This document shows positions 52,436-60,000 of a stretch of DNA of 60,000 nt, one piece after another. The stretch spans positions 15,068,001-15,128,000 of the forward strand of contig CM075989.1 in the NCBI GenBank assembly GCA_038087875.1, given 5' to 3'. The notes below the pieces were generated by a model that saw only the letters and a program-made list of their open reading frames with translations, was not told where the DNA came from and ran no database searches. Source of the DNA: Malacoraja senta. Its lineage: Eukaryota. How positions within the stretch are numbered: position 1 is the stretch's first letter; each line of letters starts with the position of its first letter. The position numbers and the translations under genes were made by a program.

Positions 52436-54019
52436 AAACTCATCACCACTGGTAATTCAGCCAACCACAGTGGTATCATTGGCAAATTTAAAGATGTAAT
52501 TGGAGCTCTCTTTCGCCATACAGTTATTGGAGATGGTACAGCATATGACTTAGCACACAACCTTCAGGTGCGCCTGTGCGATGGCTAATGAGATGTTACC
52601 GATCTGCAATGATCGAAGTCTGTCAATGAGGAAGTCAAGGATCCAGTTGCCAAAGGGAAGTACAAATGCCCAGATCTTGGCGCTTCGTGATGAGTTGAGG
52701 GGATGATTGTGTTGAACTCCGAGCTGTAGTTGATGAATAGCTGCCTGACGTACGTGTTCCTGTTCTCCAGATGGTACAGAGTACGCTCAGAGGAAGTATT
52801 GAGGAAGAGGGACCTTGGTGTACAAGTCAAGAGATCTTTGAAGGTGGCAACACAAGCAAATAACGTGGTAAAGACAGCATATGGGATACTGACCTTCAGT
52901 CGGGGTACTGAATTCAACGTCAGGAGGTTATGAGAACGTCACCTCCTGGAGAACATGGAAAGGTGATGTTTCTAGTCAGGACCCTTCATCAAACTGATTG
53001 TGGTGGTGGCGAGGAGGGGGAGAGAGAGCTGGAAAGGAGATGGGGCAGGACAAAGCCCGACAAGTTTATAGGTTGATACAGGTGAGGGTTTTTTTCTGGT
53101 AAGCAGTTGATTGGACAAAGGCCAGAGTTGGAAAAGAAAATAGCTGTGGTATAAGGATGAGGAGTGTGAATTGTGAAGCCAGAAGAAGGAATATAGGTGG
53201 AAGGACAGAGGGAGAGGAGCATTGGTACAATGTTGGTACCACAGCTGCCCGTTTGAAGCAGGTGGGAACCTCAGACTACAGAATTGAGAGGTTGAAGATG
53301 TCCTTGCATATTCCAGCCATTTGGCCCACACAAACCTTCCCCATTTAGGTGGGCACTGCTCACTGAGCATGTAACTAATAAGAACATGAATGGATAAAGA
53401 CTCCAACCTGGCTCTACTGAGAAAAATGAACGCGTGAATTAAGCAGCAACGAGATTTAAGAAATTTCTCCCAATTGATGTTCAGACAACCCCCATTTTAC
53501 TGCAGTTTTGATAATGCAAATTAGCCCATCCAATATACATAAAATACTACCGAAAAATCTATGATATGGAATAAAGACGCTATTATGAAATTTGTGCGGA
53601 AAAAATAAACACTTTGCTTTCTCAACTTTCATTTCCTGACACATCCACAGGTGTCACGGTTATGCATTATGGAAAAAACATATCTGGATATAGACCGTTT
53701 TGTAGGAATGCAAACATCATCAGAGCACAATGATAGCCTGTATTTCAATGCATTCGTTTTTCACCCCATTCCCTTCCTCTTACGAGTGCCAAGACTTTCA
53801 ACCATTTTACATGTGCTACCAATAACAAAGGGGAGAAGCTGTTCCTGAGTCTGGTGGCGCGCGCTTTCAAGCTTCTATCTCTTCTGCCTGGCTGAAGTAG
53901 AAAGACGGAGGAATGACCAAAGTGGGACAAGTCTTTGATTATGCTGCTGCTTTTCCGAGTCAGTGTTGTGTGGATGGTGTCAGTGGTGGGTAGACTGGTC
54001 TGTGAGATTTTGTAAATGG

Positions 54020-55098
54020 ATGCCTGTGACTGGTGGTAGTCCACAAGAATCTATGCTGGAACCCTTGCAGTTTGACACGCGAATGATTTGGATGTGGATG
54101 TAGCTGCCATGATCAGTAAGTTTGCACATGACATGAAGATTGCTGGAATTTTTGACATTGTGGATGGTAATCAGGGGCTACAGGATGACAGATGTTTTTT
54201 GGTGAAATGAGCTCAGAAATGGCAGATTGAGTTTAATCCTGATAAATGTGAGCTGATGCATTTTGGGAGTACTGATGAACATGCGATGTACATCATGAAT
54301 GGGAGTGTTGAGGAACAGAGGGACCTTGGTGTACAAGTCAAGAGATCTTTGAAGGTGCCATCACAGGCAAATAATGTGGTGAAGACAATATATGGGATGC
54401 TGGCCTTCAGTCAGGGTATTGAATTCAACATCAGGAGGTAGTGAGAAGCGATTTGCAACACATTACCAATTTTAATCCAAATACTTTGCAGTTTTTTCTT
54501 GGAATTTTTGGAATGGGAAATTTAAATTGTTGTCTACATCAATCAAACCATGCACATAATAGACTTTATAAAACATTGGTCAGATCTCAGCTGGAGTACT
54601 GCAGGCAGTTCTGGTCACCACCATAGGCAAAACATGATAGCACTGGAGAGGGTGCAGAGAGATTCACCACAATGTCAGCTGGGTTGCAGGGTTTGAGTTA
54701 TGAGGCAAGACTGGAGAGGGTAGGACTGCTTCCACTGGAGCGGAGGAGATGAAAAGGGGCATGATTGAGGTCTATCAAGTTATGAGTGACACTGATAGGC
54801 CACACCACAGAAAACTTTGCACCTTAACAAGGCAAATAAAACCATGGGACCCAGATTTAGGCAAGAAATTCAGCGTGGATCCAAGGGGGGCCTTTTCTAC
54901 CCAGAAGTGAGGGTACCTGGAATACACTGCCTGAGAGAATGATTGAAGCTAGATCGTTAACTGCATGTAGGAAATGTCTCAACAAGCATTTGAGTCTCCT
55001 GGGGATATGGGCCAAGTGCTGGGAGATGGGATTATGGGTGGGTGTCAACAGATGGCATGAAAACGGTGGCTCAATGGCCGGTTTCTGTACTCTATGAC
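54020..55098 (+). mobile_element. Old decayed CR1 LINE
   Basis: Remnants of SGSPQESMLEP, SKFAHDMK, FNPDKCELMHFG and LVRSQLEYC. Confidence 0.8.
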
Positions 55099-55809
55099 TT
55101 CGTACAGCAGGGAAAATAAAATAATTCACTGCAGCACAATGTTGTGATGTTGTTGTTCAAAAATAAAAATGTTCTTCGCCATTTCCTGGTTTCTAAGCTC
55201 TCCCAAGCCAACAAAGGAATGTAGATTGAAAGGAAGGCGGCGAGACAGGCAATTGGTCTTTTCCTGCGTGCCACCTTTTTTGTTTGCAGAGAATACTCGT
55301 CACATCAACCAATAACTAGAAAGGGCGTCAACGTCGTAGATGCAATACTCTCTGGATAATCAATTAAAGTTTTTGACATCTCTTGGAAACATTGGCAAGC
55401 TTCTGAATAAGCAAATTGTTCAAAATATCCTACAGTACTAAAAAAGGGCAAAACTGAGTGAGTTGTTTGCATTTTATAAACACAGACAGGAGGGTGGAGA
55501 CTGCAGAGTCTCGTGAGCCTGCTCCGCCATTCTGTATAATCAAAGTAATACAAGTCCACTTTCCGTAATGGACCTCACTTCCTCAATGTTTTTAATGTCC
55601 ACAATTCTAACAGATACACAGAACTAAACTTCCTTCCATTTAGTTTTAATGATGTTCCAGGTTTACCGCTATAATTACTGATATAAACAGTTTATTCCAG
55701 ATTTATTCAATGACTTCATTAAATTCCCCAGTCTTAACGATGGGATTATAAATTATATTTCCAACAGCGCCAGTTCCAATAATCCCTCTTGGGAGTTTAC
55801 AACCTGATG

Positions 55810-56320
55810 GCATGGACATAGAATTTTTCGATTTTAGGTAACTAACCTACAAACAACCCTCCTCCCTTCTTTTCCCCCTCACGCCCCACCAGGATCCACA
55901 CTAATTTCTCCCCTTCCCCCTTCAACATTTATACCTTCCTCTGGCTTCACAATTAATACCTCTTCTATCCTTATCTCAACCTTTTTGTCTTTACATCCCT
56001 AGCCTCAGTCCAACCATCTCCCTCTCAAATATAAATCCCCACCTGTATCCACCCATCACTTGAGGTGAGAAGAGTTTCAACCCAAAACGTCACATATTCA
56101 TTCTATCCAGATGCTGCCTGTTTCGCTGAGTTACTCCAGCATTTTCTGTCTATCCACCCATCCTTTGCCAGAATTTGTCCTGCCCCCACTTCTCTTCCAG
56201 CTGCACCCACTCGTCTCCATGGCAACCAGTGTGAAGAAGGGTCCCAACCCGAAACATCACATATCCATGTCCTCCAGAGATGCGGCCTGACCCACCGAGT
56301 TACTCCAACACTTTGTGTGC
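55810..56320 (+). mobile_element. Penelope-like 3' fragments
   Basis: End of the GIY-YIG domain (LGSLQPDGMDIEF) and two degenerate terminal repeats at about 56066 and 56231. Confidence 0.7.
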
Positions 56321-56386
56321 AGTTTTCCTTTGAATGCACGTTATTGTGGCTTTAATCATTTTTTGCCTTTAGAAGTTGTTTTACAT

Positions 56387-56813
56387 CACATCTTGAGGAA
56401 ATGCGATTCCTCCTAATAGATAAATTTGACCAATTCACAACGAGTTGGTCTCCATTTGTCGTCTTTTTGGAATCATATGGTGCAACACAATTGTAAAAGC
56501 TAACTCGTGACTGGGCGAGGGATGGTCAAGATTATAAATAAGATCTCCTTACTTCTCTTTTCTTTTTCTTCCTTTTTTTTCTTTTATTCTCTTTTTCCTA
56601 TTTTCTACTCTTTAACTTTCCTCTTTCACACTCTATTTTTCTTCTCCACACACTATATATCTCACATTTTTCTATACTTCATTATCTAATTTCTTTTTCT
56701 TTTCTTCTTTATTATAATAAAAAAATAAGAAGCTGTACATAAAATGTATTATGAAAATACGATTGTATACAATTGTACTTGCTTCTAATAAAATTAAAAT
56801 AAAAAATAAAAAA
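56387..56813 (+). mobile_element. L1-clade 3' fragment
   Basis: HLEEMRFL...WSPF, as in the 48842 copy; poly-A tail; about 16-bp TSD AGAAGTTGTTTTACAT at 56371 and 56814. Confidence 0.88.
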
Positions 56814-57204
56814 AGAAGTTGTTTTACATGTGTGAACTGATGAGGCAATTGGGAGGATTAGAAGTACAAAGGATGTGGTCAACACTTTACAGAAAGGAGA
56901 GTTGCAGGAGTAAAGTCGAGGCTGATCTGTGGAAGTATCCCTGCGTTGAATAAGAGGTAAATCTTTGAAACATGCTCCACAGGGAGATGGTATAATAATG
57001 TTGAAACAATAATTCTGAACGTGACATATATCAAGGGCAGCCGTCACTGGGAACAAGAGTGCTGGGCCAATGCTTGAAAACTGTTCCACCACTCGTGGCT
57101 TTTACTGGCTTACACCCAAATCCATTGTAGACAAAAGAAAAAAGATCACAGACATCCATCACCACTGTTTCCATCTATGAATGACGATTAGAATTGTAGC
57201 AGAG

Positions 57205-57495
57205 GGAGGCACAGCACCTCAGCAGTAGGATTTCTGCCCTACAGTGCCAGAGACCCAGGTTCAATCCTGACTACGGGTGCTGCCTGTACGGAGTTTGTAC
57301 GTTCTCCCTGTGACCGCACGGGTATTCTCTGGATGCTCTGGTATCCTCCCACACTCCAAAGATGCACAGGTTTGTAGGTAAATTGTCCCTAGTGTGTTGG
57401 ATAGGGTTAGTGTACGGGGTGATGGCTAGTCAGCGCAGACAAGTGGGCTGAAGGGCTTGTTTGCACGCTGTATCTTTAGAGTTTAGCGTCTAAAG
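57205..57495 (+). mobile_element. tRNA-derived SINE (HE1-like)
   Basis: B-box-like ggttcaatcc, conserved central block and tail. Confidence 0.82.
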
Positions 57496-60000
57496 TAAAG
57501 AACCAGATGGTCGCGAGTCTCCATTCATGATAAGTGGTCAGATCTGGTCAAAGCTTATTCAACATAGAATTCAACCTGGATTTACTTCATGCGTTATAAC
57601 TACAGAGAATTAATATGCATCCTGAAAATCTTACTAAAAACTCACAAACAAATAGGCTCCACATTTTAAAGATTAATCTTGAAATTGAACAAGCCCACTA
57701 CATCCAGTACAGCAAAACTCTGATCATCCATTGTACTCAGGACCTTTGTGGTGCTGGACTAGCAAGTTTTTCTAGAGTTTATTCTAACGCTCCAACAAAC
57801 ATATTTTTTTAATATATAAACATTACATCACAGAATTGTCCAGGAAATCAGGCGAGTTGAAAGGGAGCACAGGCATCAGCACCCAGTGAACCAGATGCCA
57901 AAGAATCAGGGTTGCTGAATAGTTGGATATCAATTGATCCGAATTTTCCTCTAGTTGAATTTTACATGGACAAAATGATTAAGTAGTCATGCGCTCATAA
58001 ATTATAGGAGTAGAATTAGGCCATTTGGCCCATCAAGTCTACTCCATCATTCAATCATGGATGACCTATCTTTCCCACTCAACTCCATTCTCCTGCCTCC
58101 CCCCCCCCCCCCCCCCATACCCCTGACGCCAATGAAAGGGGGGGGGGGGTCGCATTCAGACATACAATCTGGGAATTTCTCACCTGGTTCAGATCTGGAA
58201 TATGTAGAAGGGGGCTAGAGGAAAAGCCCTCAGTAAATACAAAGGGAATAGTTAAAATGTTTACTTCCAATTTAATATTGAATCATAGACCAGGTGCTGC
58301 AGCTCAATGTATTTCTAGTTCTCCTCTAACATCAGGATTCACTCCATATCCAATTCTTCGGGACAACCTTGGTAATATTTGATTGGATAAGGTAGCAGGA
58401 ATTTTAAGCCTGTGCCCTGTGCCCCTGCCTTGTACTCTTCCGTCTGTCTGTCTGATGCCAAGCTTCACCATATATTTATACCTGCACAGTGCCAATCTAG
58501 AACTAGTTAAGAAACTTTCAGTCATCAGCTATGGTATTTTTTAATGCTTTAAAGCACAATCTCTTGTTATTTCCTCCAACTAATGTTCTTGTAAGGCAGG
58601 GGTGGCTCACAATGACTCATCCAGCCAACCGGCTCACCCACATTATTTAAACAATGTACTGGTTGAGACTCACATAAAAAGGAAATGACATGCAATGTCA
58701 ATTCAAAACACAATAATAATGTATTATTACACCATTGTGGAATAACAAGTTTCAAAGCTTTCTAACTTTTGTATTGAAACTGTCAGAAATGGACCACATT
58801 ATTTCTTTAATTTCGTGTTCGGGATCTGGGGTTGCTAGCAAGGTCAAAATGTGCTAACCACACTCAAGGTGGTGGTGGTGAGACATCTACTTGAATTGAT
58901 GCAAACCTTCTAGTGAAGATACTGTGCTGTTGGGTATGGAATTCCAGTATCATGAGCATGCAATGATGGCGGACCGGTAATATACAATGGAAAGAAAGTC
59001 AATGGTGAAGCAGCTGAAGACAGTTGGACCATGGACATTGCTGTTATGAACTCCACCATGATGTCCAGGGACTGGGTGATTGGCATCATAACCATTGAAG
59101 TGCCTTTGACACCCATTAACTTCATTTTTTCAAAAGTCTTGACGTCAAGTACAGTCACAAATCAACTCATCTTTGGTATTCAACCCTTTGCTCTATGTTT
59201 ATGGTGCTCTAGGTTATGATGAGGTCTGACGCCAAGTAGTCCCAGCAAATGAACAACAGCAAATAGTTATTGGTGAGTACGTGCCACTTTCACCACTGTG
59301 CTGATGACTGAGAGCAGATTGATTGGGTAATTAGCTGCATTTTGTGAGCAGCGCACATCAGGGCAACCTTTCACACTGTCAGGTTGATACCTGTATTCCA
59401 ACGGTACTAGAATGGAGCTAGAAGCACGGCTGGTTCTGGAGTCTTCTGTACTAGTTAAGATTTTGGCTGGTTAAGATTATCCATTCCTCTCATCTTGATA
59501 TTGTATGGTGCGAAACAAATTGGCTGGAGACTAGCTTCTATAATTCTGGGGGGGGGGGAGGATAAGGGGGGGAGGGACTTTCAGGTTGATACCAAGATGT
59601 TTCATGCAGTTGATCACAGTTAAAAATGCTTAATTCTTAAATTTATCCCTCCTTTTCTGGTCTCTGCCATCAATGAGGAAAGGGATGTCCTTGGGACCTC
59701 CTCCTCTAATTTGTTGCTTAATTGTCTATGACTAGATACGGTAGAACTGCAGAACTTCCATTTTTACAACTGTTTGCAAGATAAACTTAGCTCTATCAAC
59801 CACATGCTGTTTAGGACCCTTTTGATTTGGTATTGCAGCTTCATTAGGATAGCCCCTCATCATTTTAGTTACGACTGATGCTGCTCCCGGCCTGCTCGTC
59901 ACTGAATCAGTGTTGATGCCCTGGCTCATTAGTAATGGTAGTGTGTAGGACATGCTGAACCATGAGCTTGCACATCGTAATGCTGGACATTTCTGCTGCT

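Noticed and set aside
58304..58525. Possible missing NEDD4 exon (YKYMVKLG...) after a tgcag acceptor
   Set aside because: No similarity to the C2 N-terminal exon (…GLAKKDILGAS). That exon was not found in the window.

Overview
This is eukaryotic DNA, not prokaryotic. Its repeat families (HE1/V-type SINEs, CR1 LINEs, Penelope elements) point to a cartilaginous fish, probably a skate or ray (inference). The whole window lies inside a NEDD4 (HECT E3 ubiquitin ligase) gene on the minus strand. Three short C2-domain exons (31455-31533, 25916-25954, 4840-4893) and a 427-codon alternative first exon (407-1687, matching the long C2-less isoform) have canonical, phase-compatible splice sites. The earlier 5' exons and the WW/HECT exons were not found in the window. 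The introns are dense with transposons: a near-intact CR1 LINE, a decayed full-length Tc1, Rex1/Babar, L1 and Penelope fragments, SINEs, hAT and Harbinger-like non-autonomous elements, and a non-autonomous Helitron. I see no convincing wholly new biological system. The best leads are short TSD-flanked Penelope-derived inserts carrying minimal hammerhead ribozyme cores, an unclassified TIR element with a 7-bp TSD, a 3-kb composite TIR element, and a candidate extra NEDD4 first exon. Family assignments come from recognition of motifs, not from database searches.
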